The notes under the pieces: model-generated
What the model saw: the letters and a program-made list of their open reading frames with translations, nothing else
The model's database searches: none
Told to the model about the DNA's origin: nothing
Assembly (NCBI GenBank): GCA_016188295.1
Contig: JACPIA010000009.1
Span: forward strand, 1,509-65,508
Reading direction: 5' to 3'
From: Candidatus Vogelbacteria bacterium
GTDB taxonomy: Bacteria > Patescibacteriota > Minisyncoccia > Phycocordibacterales > XYD1-FULL-46-19
Length of the DNA: 64,000 nucleotides
Shown: positions 49,162 to 58,594 of the stretch, piece by piece
Position numbering within the stretch: the first letter of the stretch is position 1
Layout: each line of letters opens with the position of its first letter
Position numbers and translations under genes: made by a program

Positions 49162-49620
49162 ATGTTGCCACTCGAAGGCCCCTACATTTTAATTTACGCT
49201 TTAATTTTAATCGTGGTGATTTTAATTAGTTGGATTGTTTATTTAGAGCATCGACTCAATCGCTGGTGGCGTGGTAAAAAAGCCAGTGATTTAGAGAGTG
49301 TGATGATTGCCATTGGCGGAGCGATTGATGATTTTGAGACCCGGCATGGCGTGATTAATGAGCAATTAATCGACATTAACCGTCGTCTAAAAAAGAGTGT
49401 CCAAAAAGTTCAGACCTTACGCTACAACCCTTTTCGTGATCAAGGTGGTAATCAAAGTTTTACTACCGCTCTCATCAATGAAGAAGGTGACGGCGTGATA
49501 ATCTCCAGTATTTACTCTCGCGATAAAGTCAGTGTCTACAGCAAACCAATCCGAGGACTCTCCTCGGAATATGAATTAACTGATGAAGAGCGTGAGGTTT
49601 TAGAACAGACGAAGAAGTAA
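49162..49620 (+). CDS. DUF4446-like membrane protein
   Basis: TM segment; RYNPF.D.GGNQSF, YSKP, EYELTDEE. Confidence 0.75.
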   Translation: MLPLEGPYILIYALILIVVILISWIVYLEHRLNRWWRGKKASDLESVMIAIGGAIDDFETRHGVINEQLIDINRRLKKSVQKVQTLRYNPFRDQGGNQSFTTALINEEGDGVIISSIYSRDKVSVYSKPIRGLSSEYELTDEEREVLEQTKK

Positions 49621-49667
49621 ATTAATCTTTACCTTTAGGGTGGAAAATGGTACTGTGGGAACGCTGT

Positions 49668-51191
49668 ATGACTAAATCCGCCCCTAAAACTGAAGTGGCA
49701 ACCAAGCGCCCACCGGTGGTAGTAATTATGGGTCACGTTGATCATGGTAAATCGACCTTACTTGATTACATCCGCAAAACCAATGTGGTCGCTAGTGAAT
49801 CTGGCGGAATCACTCAGCATATTAGTGCTTATGAGGTTAAACACCAAACAGCGGAAGGTAAGGAGGAATTGATTACTTTTTTAGATACACCCGGCCACGA
49901 AGCATTTGAGTTGATGCGTACCCGCGGTGCCTTTATCTCGGATATTGCAGTCTTGATTGTCTCGGCCGAAGAGGGAGTTAAAGCCCAAACCATGGAGGCA
50001 ATTAAATCAATTAAAGCAGCCAATATCCCTTATTTGGTGGCGATCAATAAAATTGATCGCCCCGGTGCTAATCCGGAGCACGTTAGACAAGAACTCGCCG
50101 AAAAAGAGGTTTATGTTGAGAGTTATGGTGGTCAAATACCGGCGGCCGAAATTTCAGCTAAAGTAGGCACTGGCGTTAATGAATTACTCGATTTAATTTT
50201 ACTCTCAGCCGATTTAACGGATTTAACCGGAAATAAAAACAGTAACGCGACCGGTTTTGTGTTAGAGACTCATATGGATCCAAAGAATGGCGGCACAGCG
50301 ACTTTGGTGATTAAAAACGGTACGTTAAATTTAGGCGACTTTGTCGTGGCTGGCAGTACTGTCACTAAACTCAAGAAAATAGAAAACTATAACGGAGTGA
50401 TGGGTAAAAACTTTACTTTCTCCGCTCCAGTTAAGGCCTTTGGCTTTAGTGAATTACCACCGGTTGGTGCAACCTTTGCTAGTTTTGGCGATAAAAAAGA
50501 AGCGGAAGTGGCGATGGTAGCCAATAAGCAAACACCAACCGTGCGCCAATTAGCCGACAATACTAACAGCGAAACAGCGACTATTATTCCGGTGATTTTA
50601 AAAGCGGATGTAACCGGCTCATTGGAGGCACTGGAGAAGGCAGTACGTGCTCAAGCCAGTGGCAACGTTGAGATTAAAATTTTAGCCACTGGTATTGGAG
50701 CGATTAATGATAATGATATTAAATCAGCCAGCGCTTCAGACCAATCACTGGTTTTAGGTTTTAGAGTCAAAATTGAAAAGGGGGCTAAAGATTTAGCTAA
50801 GCGCTTTAATTTAATTGTTGAGACCTTTGATATCATTTACAAATTAACCGAACGCCTAGCTGAATTGGTGGTCGCCCGCACTCCGCGAGTATTGGTGGAG
50901 GAGACGGTGGGGAAAGCCAAAATTTTAAAGCTCTTTGGTAAAACTAAGGATCGCCAAATTGCCGGTGGCCAAGTGTTGAGTGGTAAAATCTTGCGCGGTC
51001 GGGAAGTTAAAATTCTACGTCGTGATTTTGAGATTGGCCGAGGCCGGATTGTCGAATTGGAACAACAAAAAACCAAAACTGCCGAGGTGGCTGAGGGTAA
51101 TCAATTTGGCTCGATGATCGAGTCGCGTATCGCCTTGGCTATGGGCGACACTATCGAAGTATTTGATAATGTGGAAAAAGTGGCGGAATAA
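49668..51191 (+). CDS. infB: Translation initiation factor IF-2, short form without N-domain
   Basis: [25 protein letters not shown]. Confidence 0.96.
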   Translation: MTKSAPKTEVATKRPPVVVIMGHVDHGKSTLLDYIRKTNVVASESGGITQHISAYEVKHQTAEGKEELITFLDTPGHEAFELMRTRGAFISDIAVLIVSAEEGVKAQTMEAIKSIKAANIPYLVAINKIDRPGANPEHVRQELAEKEVYVESYGGQIPAAEISAKVGTGVNELLDLILLSADLTDLTGNKNSNATGFVLETHMDPKNGGTATLVIKNGTLNLGDFVVAGSTVTKLKKIENYNGVMGKNFTFSAPVKAFGFSELPPVGATFASFGDKKEAEVAMVANKQTPTVRQLADNTNSETATIIPVILKADVTGSLEALEKAVRAQASGNVEIKILATGIGAINDNDIKSASASDQSLVLGFRVKIEKGAKDLAKRFNLIVETFDIIYKLTERLAELVVARTPRVLVEETVGKAKILKLFGKTKDRQIAGGQVLSGKILRGREVKILRRDFEIGRGRIVELEQQKTKTAEVAEGNQFGSMIESRIALAMGDTIEVFDNVEKVAE

Positions 51192-51197
51192 GGCATA

Positions 51198-51488
51198 ATG
51201 AATACGGCCAGCAACAAACGCAAACAAGCAATCATGGCTGCCAGTGCTGAATTTTTAACACGGGTCAGTGGTCGGCAATCGTTGATTACCGTGACCGATG
51301 CTGACGTCTCGCCTGATGGTCGTAATGCTACCATTTACATCTCGGTATTACCGGGAAGCGCGAACAAGCAAGCACTGGAGTTTTGTAACCGGCAATTGAG
51401 TGACTTGCGCGAGCACGTTGGTGAGCGGGTACGGTTGCGGACACTCCCCCACTTTGAAGTTGCACTTGATCCAAACATCCAATTATAA
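51198..51488 (+). CDS. rbfA: Ribosome-binding factor A
   Basis: ITVTDADVSPD..ATIYISV, LRTLP; follows infB. Confidence 0.85.
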   Translation: MNTASNKRKQAIMAASAEFLTRVSGRQSLITVTDADVSPDGRNATIYISVLPGSANKQALEFCNRQLSDLREHVGERVRLRTLPHFEVALDPNIQL

Positions 51489-51491
51489 TAA

Positions 51492-51566
51492 GGCACGGTG
51501 GTGAAATGGTAACACTGCGGTCTGCAAAACCGCCATGCGCGGGTTCGATTCCCGCCCGTGCCTCCA
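51492..51566 (+). tRNA. tRNA-Cys(GCA)
   Basis: GCGGT-CTGCAAA-ACCGC anticodon arm; encoded CCA. Confidence 0.95.
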
Positions 51567-51571
51567 GAATT

Positions 51572-52060
51572 ATGAATCGCAAGCGAAGGTGGACCTTACC
51601 ACAACTAACTGATGTAGTAAAAAGTGTTTACAGTTTAAGACAAGTTTTAAGTAAGTTAAACCTAAAACCAACCGGCGGTAATTACAATCAAGTCAAAAAG
51701 TATATTTTAGAGTCAAAATTGGATACTAAACACTTTAAGGGTAAAGCTTGGAACAAAGGTTTGTGTGGAATTGGAAAACCAATATACTCACTGAAAGATA
51801 TCTTAACAGTCGATAGTAGCTATCAGAGCTATAAACTCAAAAATCGGTTGTTTAAAGCTGGACTTAAACAACCTAAATGTGAAATATGTGGTTGGTCTAA
51901 AAAATCAGTCGATGGACGTACCCCAGTTGAACTTGATCACATTAATGGTAATAATAGAGATAATCGGATAATTAATCTGAGAATATTGTGTCCTAACTGC
52001 CATAGCCTACAATCAACTCATCGTGGTAGAAATAGGACTATAAAAAAGCCGGGGTGGTGA
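51572..52060 (+). CDS. HNH endonuclease (start 51572)
   Basis: CEICG..ELDHINGNNRDNRIINLRILCPNCH. Confidence 0.9.
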   Translation: MNRKRRWTLPQLTDVVKSVYSLRQVLSKLNLKPTGGNYNQVKKYILESKLDTKHFKGKAWNKGLCGIGKPIYSLKDILTVDSSYQSYKLKNRLFKAGLKQPKCEICGWSKKSVDGRTPVELDHINGNNRDNRIINLRILCPNCHSLQSTHRGRNRTIKKPGW

Positions 52061-52134
52061 AATTGGTAGACACGCAACACTTAAAATGTTGTGAGCGTAA
52101 GCTCTTGCGGGTTCGATTCCCGCCCTCGGCACCA
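52048..52134 (+). tRNA. tRNA-Leu(TAA)
   Basis: CAACA-CTTAAAA-TGTTG anticodon arm, long variable arm, encoded CCA. Confidence 0.94.
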
Positions 52135-52425
52135 CGTAGGAAAAGTCAATGCCTCGCGGCGCGGAACGCGCCGCTCGGCGACCAAATCGTACGGATTTTT
52201 CGGGGCAAAAAGAAATTCCCGATTCCGTAAAATATGGTTCGCGCCGATGTTTTTCATAAATGTTGTCATTTCGGAAAGATTTTCTGATTCCAGTAAGTTA
52301 GTGGCTTGATTTAAGGATTTTACGAACTCACGAGCCGGTTCGAGCCAAGACAAACCTTTTTGTTCAAAGTCGACAATTTTCTCTTGCAAAGATACTTTCT
52401 GCAAGATGAGAACGTTCTTTTCCAA
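52081..52425 (-). pseudogene. C-terminal remnant of a serine-recombinase-like gene ending antisense inside tRNA-Leu
   Basis: Coiled coil, WLEPAREF, KNIGANHIL, KNPY..VAE, FPTWCRGRESNP; no catalytic N-terminus. Confidence 0.6.
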
Positions 52426-52530
52426 GAAGCGGCACTTGCCGCTTCTTGACTTTTATGGTCTGATATGCTATCCTTGGATGAAATCCAAGCATGGTGCTTA
52501 GATAAGTTGAACCTTGAAAAGGAGGCAAAT

Positions 52531-52800
52531 ATGAACCGCGGAAAGTGGTACTTCGTTTACACCTACCGAGACACATTTGGAGGAGGCCTTGCCGGTACGA
52601 CCGAGCATGAAGAAATTCCTCTGAAGGCGACTACCGAAGAGGGAGCGATCGTGGAGGCGAAAGTAATCTGGGAGAAGAAAGTCGCCGAAACTCGCACCTA
52701 CTGGGAGAAGCAAAAGAAGGAATGGGCGACTCCGCCGGCAAGTTCGTTCAAGGACGGACCCCACACACCTCGTGTCATCTACAAAATCTCGCTACAATGA
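52531..52800 (+). CDS. Hypothetical protein (start 52531)
   Basis: GGAGG Shine-Dalgarno at 52521; promoter TTGACT-N17-TATCCT at 52446-52474. Confidence 0.6.
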   Translation: MNRGKWYFVYTYRDTFGGGLAGTTEHEEIPLKATTEEGAIVEAKVIWEKKVAETRTYWEKQKKEWATPPASSFKDGPHTPRVIYKISLQ

Positions 52801-53286
52801 GGAGGATGACGATGACACAAGAACAACGCTGGACGGCTCTGTGGCAACGTCTTGGTGCGAGAGGAGACGCAAGCGTGGTCTACAACGACCTCGCTATGCG
52901 ATACTCCGAACCGCACCGAGCGTACCACACTCACGGTAGAAGTGGCGAGAAATGCTTCGTTGCCCGACAACCTCGGACAATCAGTAGCAAATTTCATCAC
53001 AGCAACGAAGCACACTTCGGCTCCCACCAATCCTGATGTTCAGCTTCTCGTTGATGTCGATCTCTCGATTCTCGGTCAATCCGAGGACAAGTTCGATGAA
53101 TACGAGCGGCAGGTTCGTAAGGAATACGAGTGGGTCGCCGAGAATGCGTTCGTCGCCGGACGGTCGGCAATCCTCAAGTCGTTTCTCGACCGACCGACTA
53201 TCTACTCGACGCAGTTCTTCCGCAACAAGTACGAAGCGCAAACTCGGCGAAACATCGCCAGATCACTTGCCCGCCTTCGGACGTAA
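52797..53286 (+). pseudogene. HD-superfamily (COG4339-like) hydrolase broken by an internal deletion and frameshift
   Basis: Frame 1 ends at RYSEPHRAYHT; frame 2 carries ATKH, DVDLSILG and VRKEY; the WxHD segment is absent. Confidence 0.75.
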
Positions 53287-53287
53287 C

Positions 53288-53323
53288 ATGGGCATTCTCG
53301 CAAGAGGGTGCCCATTCTTTTTT
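53288..53323 (+). terminator. Rho-independent terminator
   Basis: atgggcattctc-gcaa-gagggtgcccat-tctttttt. Confidence 0.75.
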
Positions 53324-53570
53324 GAAAGAACAAAGAATTTGCCGCCGAGACTGAAATTCGTTAGAATTTCAGTAATCCGAACTCCGCCAAAGAAAAACTT
53401 GAAAGGGAAGAAATTTTTTAATCATACAAATTTAGAAACGGGAGATGCTAGATATGGCGTTTTTGTTTAGCTTGACGTAAGAGTGATATTATGCTTTGCT
53501 CTACTCGGCGCAATAATCGGGTCATAATGACTCGATCGCACATTTCAAAACTCAAAACTGGAGGTAAATA

Positions 53571-53834
53571 ATGAGGAGTTTAATGAGGAGTTTCTTTCTT
53601 GTTCTCGAGGACGCAGTGACTGTTCTGTGGTTCGGGATTCAGATTATCCTGTTGTTTGTTTTCATGTTCATGATAGTCTCGAACATCCCCTGGACGTCGG
53701 AAGATTTGTTGATGGTATTCTCGCTGGTTATGATCTGGACCGCGATCAGCTATTACCTGATCAGTATCTTCATGACGGAGCTGACGATGCCAGGCTCGAA
53801 GTGGATTCGTTTCAACAAATTGAAATTCTCATAA
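53571..53834 (+). CDS. Small two-TM membrane protein
   Basis: GGAGGT Shine-Dalgarno; two hydrophobic segments. Confidence 0.55.
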   Translation: MRSLMRSFFLVLEDAVTVLWFGIQIILLFVFMFMIVSNIPWTSEDLLMVFSLVMIWTAISYYLISIFMTELTMPGSKWIRFNKLKFS

Positions 53835-53881
53835 AAATGTTTTATCCTTACTAAGTAATAATGTAATGGATTTGAAACAAA

Positions 53882-53954
53882 GCCCTGTTAGCTCAGTTGG
53901 TAGAGCAGTCGCCTCTTAAGCGAACGGTCGTTGGTTCGAATCCAACACGGGGCA
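53882..53954 (+). tRNA. tRNA-Lys(CTT)
   Basis: TCGC-CTCTTAA-GCGA anticodon arm; GGTTCGAATCC. Confidence 0.93.
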
Positions 53955-53971
53955 CTCGGAAAAATAAATAT

Positions 53972-54053
53972 GCTGGGGTGGCGAAATTGGCAGACGCACT
54001 TGCCTTAGGAGCAAGCGGGGTAACCCATGGAGGTTCAAGTCCTCTCCCCAGCA
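53972..54053 (+). tRNA. tRNA-Leu(TAG)
   Basis: CTTGC-CTTAGGA-GCAAG anticodon arm, long variable arm. Confidence 0.93.
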
Positions 54054-54067
54054 CTAGAATAGAACTT

Positions 54068-55030
54068 ATGTCTAATCCCAAAAAAATTTTAGTAACCGGT
54101 TGTGCGGGCTTTATTGGCAGTAATTTTATAAAACAGTTTAAGAAAAAATGGCCAAAAACTAAGATTATCGGTCTTGATAATTTCTCGACCGGCAGACAAG
54201 ATGCGCTGGACCCGTCAATTATTTTTTACGAGGGATCAATTTTAGACGAAACGCTTTTGGAAAAAATTTTTTCTAAACACAAACCGGAATATGTTTTTCA
54301 TTTCGCCGCACTACCCCGAGTTTCTTACTCGATTGAGCATCCACGACACACCAGCGAAGTTAATATTATTGGAACTATTGCGCTGTTAGAAGCGGCAAAA
54401 AATCATAACGTAAAAAGATTGATCTATTCATCATCTTCATCTGTCTACGGTGGTGCAAAAAAACTGCCGACCAAAGAATCAGAAAATTTCCCCGACCCCA
54501 AATCTCCTTATGCTGTTCAAAAATACATCGGCGAGCCGTTTTGTAAAATTTTTAGCGAGCTATTTGGACTAGATACTGTCTGTCTCCGTTATTTTAATGT
54601 TTTTGGTCCCGGCCAATATGGCAATTCACCATACTCCACAGTCATATCGGCCTGGCTGGAGTCATCATATTTTCCGAACCAGAAAAAAGCATTTATAGAG
54701 GGGGCTGGCAACCAATCAAGGGATTTTTGTTATATCGATAATGTCGTCCGAGCCAATATTTTAGCTATGCAATCAAAAAATAATTTTAAAGGGGAAGTAT
54801 TTAATATCGCACATGGAAACCAGATAACGATTAACGAGGTAAAAAAACTAATAGAGAAATATACCAATAAGAAACTAATGTTAGAAAAACGTCCATCGAG
54901 ATTGGGGGATGTAACGCGTACTTGCGCTGACATTTCCAAAGCTAAAAAGTTTTTAGGCTACCAGCCAGTTGTAGATTTTGATGAGGGATTAAGACGGACA
55001 GTCGTCTGGTTTGAATCCCGCAAAAGATAA
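54068..55030 (+). CDS. NAD-dependent nucleotide-sugar epimerase/dehydratase (start 54068)
   Basis: TGCAGFIG, SSSSVYG, YAVQK, RYFNVFGP, RDF. Confidence 0.9.
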   Translation: MSNPKKILVTGCAGFIGSNFIKQFKKKWPKTKIIGLDNFSTGRQDALDPSIIFYEGSILDETLLEKIFSKHKPEYVFHFAALPRVSYSIEHPRHTSEVNIIGTIALLEAAKNHNVKRLIYSSSSSVYGGAKKLPTKESENFPDPKSPYAVQKYIGEPFCKIFSELFGLDTVCLRYFNVFGPGQYGNSPYSTVISAWLESSYFPNQKKAFIEGAGNQSRDFCYIDNVVRANILAMQSKNNFKGEVFNIAHGNQITINEVKKLIEKYTNKKLMLEKRPSRLGDVTRTCADISKAKKFLGYQPVVDFDEGLRRTVVWFESRKR

Positions 55031-55047
55031 TAATTTCTTAATTTACA

Positions 55048-55077
55048 TTGACAAAGTAAGGTCTATTATGCTATAAT
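55048..55077 (+). promoter_or_regulatory. Consensus sigma70 promoter
   Basis: TTGACA-N18-TATAAT with a TG extension. Confidence 0.65.
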
Positions 55078-55179
55078 AAAAAGCAGAAGAGACGGCCTAA
55101 AACCTATCGTTTTGGAGCCCCAAAATAAGGTCATTGACATTCAATTGACTACAAATCCCCTATCGGGGGGAAGGAGGTT

Positions 55180-56340
55180 GTGATGATCGCATTGCGCAAA
55201 TACCACGGTGTTGGCCTGGCATTGTACGGGGTGTTGTTCTTGATTACCTACGTACTACTGTCTCTGCCAAATCCGGAGGACATGTGGTTGGCAAAGGATT
55301 TTAACATCTTCGTCGCCCTTCTCGTCTTGTTCTTACTCTACGGCACAATACCGAGCATTAAATCGGTTGCTGGAGATGAGATTGCTATTTTGTACTTTTA
55401 CGGAATAGCTCTCGCTGAAGCTCTTCCTGGTCCAGTGTGGGTGCCCTATGGCATCATTCAGTTGGTTAAAGGATCAACCAGGACAAATCAACGAGAGTTG
55501 CCTGACGGCAGAGTGTTTGAGGGCGACACCAAAGACACTGGCGGTGTAGTACCAGCCGGTCTGGTCGCACCAATTAGGATCCCCTTCGGACTGTATGACC
55601 AAAAGGATGAATTAAAGAGAAGGAAGATTGGGAAGAAACACCAGTACATAATCCCAGAGACTAAGGCTTCAGAAAAAGACCCCTTGGCAAAGCGCCGAAT
55701 AGTCGCAACAGTAACTATCTTTTACACCTGGGTCATCAATCCAACGGCGGGCGAATTCCTCAAATTCCTCCAAGTTATCGGTATACGTTCTCTGGAGGAG
55801 CAAATCCAAGAAGTAAACAAACAAATTGAGGATACGATCATCGGCACGTTGAGCGGCAACTTAGCATTGATGACTGCCGCGACAGCCAGACTCAACTTCG
55901 ACGCCATTAAAGAGGAGATTGATGTTGAAGTTCAAGGGTTAGTTAGTGGCTGGGGAATAACAGTAAAAACCATCCAGCTTAAGAGTATAGATTTCAACCA
56001 TACTCTCAACAAAAGTCTGACTGATTTGGCCGAGGCAGACAATAAAGCCCAGACCAAAATCGTCGATGCCGAAGCGGAAAGAGTCACAAGAGTGAAAGAA
56101 GGTGCGGGTACAGCACAGGCTCGATACTCTTTCATGGCCGCCGAAGCAAAGGGTAACACAGCCTTAGCCAACGCTGCTCGTGATCCAGTCGCCAGAGAAA
56201 TGGCCCATCTCCAAGCCGCTGTAGCAGTAGCCAAAGAAACAAAGCCAATCATCAACTCTGGTAATGACAGTGCGTTAGGCGCATTGATTAACTTGACCAA
56301 CATCAACGCGGCTAGAAAAACAACCGAGGAGAAATCATAA
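55180..56340 (+). CDS. SPFH/band-7 family membrane protein
   Basis: Two TM segments, GPVWVP, WGITV..IQLKSI, AEAER..EGAG..AEAKG coiled coil. Confidence 0.7.
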   Translation: MMIALRKYHGVGLALYGVLFLITYVLLSLPNPEDMWLAKDFNIFVALLVLFLLYGTIPSIKSVAGDEIAILYFYGIALAEALPGPVWVPYGIIQLVKGSTRTNQRELPDGRVFEGDTKDTGGVVPAGLVAPIRIPFGLYDQKDELKRRKIGKKHQYIIPETKASEKDPLAKRRIVATVTIFYTWVINPTAGEFLKFLQVIGIRSLEEQIQEVNKQIEDTIIGTLSGNLALMTAATARLNFDAIKEEIDVEVQGLVSGWGITVKTIQLKSIDFNHTLNKSLTDLAEADNKAQTKIVDAEAERVTRVKEGAGTAQARYSFMAAEAKGNTALANAARDPVAREMAHLQAAVAVAKETKPIINSGNDSALGALINLTNINAARKTTEEKS

Positions 56341-57083
56341 TGACCACTGGTCAAGTAGTTATGTTGCTGTTGGTTATTGCCGCGATTATGGTGGTAAACA
56401 ACAAGAGCAACCCACTCAATAGAGTATCCGGCCTTTTCAAAAAAGGAATCGGTGGCAATTTTGACTGGTGCAAGCAAACGCTTAAGAACGAATACTTCCA
56501 AATCCTTGGGGCTGGAGCCATCTTTATAACAATGCTCTATCTCCTCGCTCCGGCGGTGTGGGGATGGTTCTGGGGTACCGAGGCTGATCCGGTCAAAGGT
56601 GTAAACGCTTTTGAGGGTCATCGGATACTGATTTTCGGTATCATCTTGTGGCTCATGATTCGATTCCTACTATTTAAAGAGGAGTCGAGTAAGGCCACCA
56701 AAACCGCTCTCTCTCGCCTTGCCACTTTAGTCTTGATTGGGGCAATCGCTTTTGAGTTTTACCAAGACTTCGGCCAAAAAGCCACTACGGCAGTGGCAAG
56801 TATTAAGTTACCATGGTCGGCGAACTCGGAAGCGAAAGTGCTACACCTTGGTGGAGGTCATTATGATAAAAACCCGATTAAGGTGCCGGTTGGAGCGAAG
56901 CAGAAAATTCTGCCGTTACCGGCCAAGACAATAATCAGGGAGACCCTCCCTCCAGATGCCCGTGGCTGGAACGTCAAAGACACTCTCATGAGTGACGGCG
57001 TTACCGCCTGGCGCGAAGGACGAGAGATCGTGATCTCATCAAGCATTGATGTACCAGATGAGATCATCTTCAACTGGTGGTAG
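56340..57083 (+). CDS. Multi-TM hypothetical protein coupled to the SPFH gene
   Basis: TAATG stop/start overlap; about 4 TM segments. Confidence 0.6.
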   Translation: MTTGQVVMLLLVIAAIMVVNNKSNPLNRVSGLFKKGIGGNFDWCKQTLKNEYFQILGAGAIFITMLYLLAPAVWGWFWGTEADPVKGVNAFEGHRILIFGIILWLMIRFLLFKEESSKATKTALSRLATLVLIGAIAFEFYQDFGQKATTAVASIKLPWSANSEAKVLHLGGGHYDKNPIKVPVGAKQKILPLPAKTIIRETLPPDARGWNVKDTLMSDGVTAWREGREIVISSSIDVPDEIIFNWW

Positions 57084-57110
57084 TTAATGGTAGTTAATTG
57101 AATAAAGCAT

Positions 57111-57150
57111 AGGGGCGGGAGACAATCGTATTGTCCTCCCGCCCTTTTTT
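57111..57150 (+). terminator. Rho-independent terminator
   Basis: gggcgggagacaat-cgt-attgtcctcccgccc-tttttt. Confidence 0.75.
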
Positions 57151-57166
57151 AGTGCTTTGATTTAAA

Positions 57167-57418
57167 TTAATTGCAACCAATCGTATTGCAGATAATCTGC
57201 AAGATTCCATACACTGCCACCATAATAAAGAGTCCGGTTACTCCCCAGATCATATGCCGGCGGCCAACGATTCGAGCCTCATCACTGTCCTCCCCGCTAA
57301 ACAGTTGGAAGACGCCCCACAAAAAGTACAACAGCGCCGCGGCAAACAGTAAAGTAATGACTGGATTAAGGATATTAATTTTAATACTTTCCAGTAGTGG
57401 GATAGAAGTATAGACCAT
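57167..57418 (-). CDS. VirB2/TrbC-like pilin (start probably about 57418)
   Basis: ILNPVITLLF..FLWG..ARIVGRRHMIWGVTGLFIMVAVYG. Confidence 0.7.
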   Translation of the reverse strand: MVYTSIPLLESIKINILNPVITLLFAAALLYFLWGVFQLFSGEDSDEARIVGRRHMIWGVTGLFIMVAVYGILQIICNTIGCN

Positions 57419-57434
57419 TATTGAATTAACTATT

Positions 57435-57788
57435 CTAGTTTGGAATTTCCGGGGCACTTGGAACTGCAAATTCAGATCCACCTAGAAATACAGTCTGGAC
57501 TAAACCAACCAAGCCCCAAATTGAGACCATTACCGCGATGACGATAACACCATAAACCATAATACTACGAGCGGCTTTTTTATCATCATCTTCCGATGAG
57601 GTAACATATTTAACCAAACCGTAGATAAAGTATAATACGGCAATACCGATTAAAATTGGAATAGCTGTAGCAACTAAACTATCAATACCCCCGAGTAAAC
57701 CTCCGAAATAATCAACATTAACTTCTTGAGCTAAAACAATGAATGGCAACAGTGCCACCGATCCGCTTGTTAAAACTTTTTTAAACAT
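57435..57788 (-). CDS. VirB2/TrbC-like pilin
   Basis: Signal peptide (VLA-Q); TM, charged loop, TM. Confidence 0.75.
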   Translation of the reverse strand: MFKKVLTSGSVALLPFIVLAQEVNVDYFGGLLGGIDSLVATAIPILIGIAVLYFIYGLVKYVTSSEDDDKKAARSIMVYGVIVIAVMVSIWGLVGLVQTVFLGGSEFAVPSAPEIPN

Positions 57789-57866
57789 AAACCTTTAAAA
57801 CTAATTAATAATTTTTGATAATAATCTAAGCAAAGCCCGACCGTTTGCTATGACTTTATTATACTA

Positions 57867-58586
57867 CTACCGAAATTTAGGTAAAGAGACAGTTGTGGGT
57901 AGCGTGCCGTTAAAAAAGGTTTGGGTCAAAATCCCCACCAACCCCCAGACCGAGACCATTACAAATAGAGCAATTACGCCCCAAATCATCATTTGTTTAG
58001 CTTCCTCACGAGCCTTTTCATCACCAGTATTACGAATTAAATTAGCCAAACCCCAAATAAAGTAAATCAAGGCTAAACCAATAATCAAGCCGATTAAGGG
58101 GTTTAGAATTCCACCAACCACTTTAGTGACTAAACTAGCAAAAGTATCGCCGACAACTCCTCCTCCGCCACCATCAATAGGTAACCCCCCCGTGCCAAGC
58201 GCGTAAGCTATTGGCACTAAACTGGTCGGCGCTATTTGATTAACGGTATTTTGAATTACACTGGAAATCACAAAAGCACCAAGGACGATCGCCGCGCCGA
58301 TAATCGTCCAAAAAAAGGCTTCTTTAGCCTCGCTTAATTTACTTTCATTGCCTTGAGCTTGGACAAAGAGGAAGCCGACGTAAATAATCGCGATGACTAA
58401 AATCGGCACGCCAATTTGGATCACTAGGTTCAGTAAAGTTTTAAGCAAGTCTTGAACATTATCAATATTGGTCGGATTATCGATTTGAAATCGAACTGAT
58501 ATATTTTCTCCAACATTTGCAGCGTAAGCTACTCCCCCGACTGACAATAAAGTGATGATAATTAGAATTAGGGCTAAATATCTCAT
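57867..58586 (-). CDS. Tandem double pilin
   Basis: Two complete TM-loop-TM pilin units in one ORF. Confidence 0.75.
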   Translation of the reverse strand: MRYLALILIIITLLSVGGVAYAANVGENISVRFQIDNPTNIDNVQDLLKTLLNLVIQIGVPILVIAIIYVGFLFVQAQGNESKLSEAKEAFFWTIIGAAIVLGAFVISSVIQNTVNQIAPTSLVPIAYALGTGGLPIDGGGGGVVGDTFASLVTKVVGGILNPLIGLIIGLALIYFIWGLANLIRNTGDEKAREEAKQMMIWGVIALFVMVSVWGLVGILTQTFFNGTLPTTVSLPKFR

Positions 58587-58594
58587 AAAATCAA

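Noticed and set aside
51572-52060. HNH gene as part of a group I intron in a tRNA
   Set aside because: Both flanking tRNAs are complete and there is no room for a ribozyme core
52135-53880. Intact integrative element or prophage
   Set aside because: No full integrase, no duplicated tRNA 3' end seen, no phage genes
53897-54067. N-terminal extension of the epimerase (likewise 51506-51571 for the HNH gene)
   Set aside because: These are tRNA sequences read in frame
55932-56621. 229-aa minus-strand ORF
   Set aside because: Antisense to two well-supported coupled genes; no recognisable motifs
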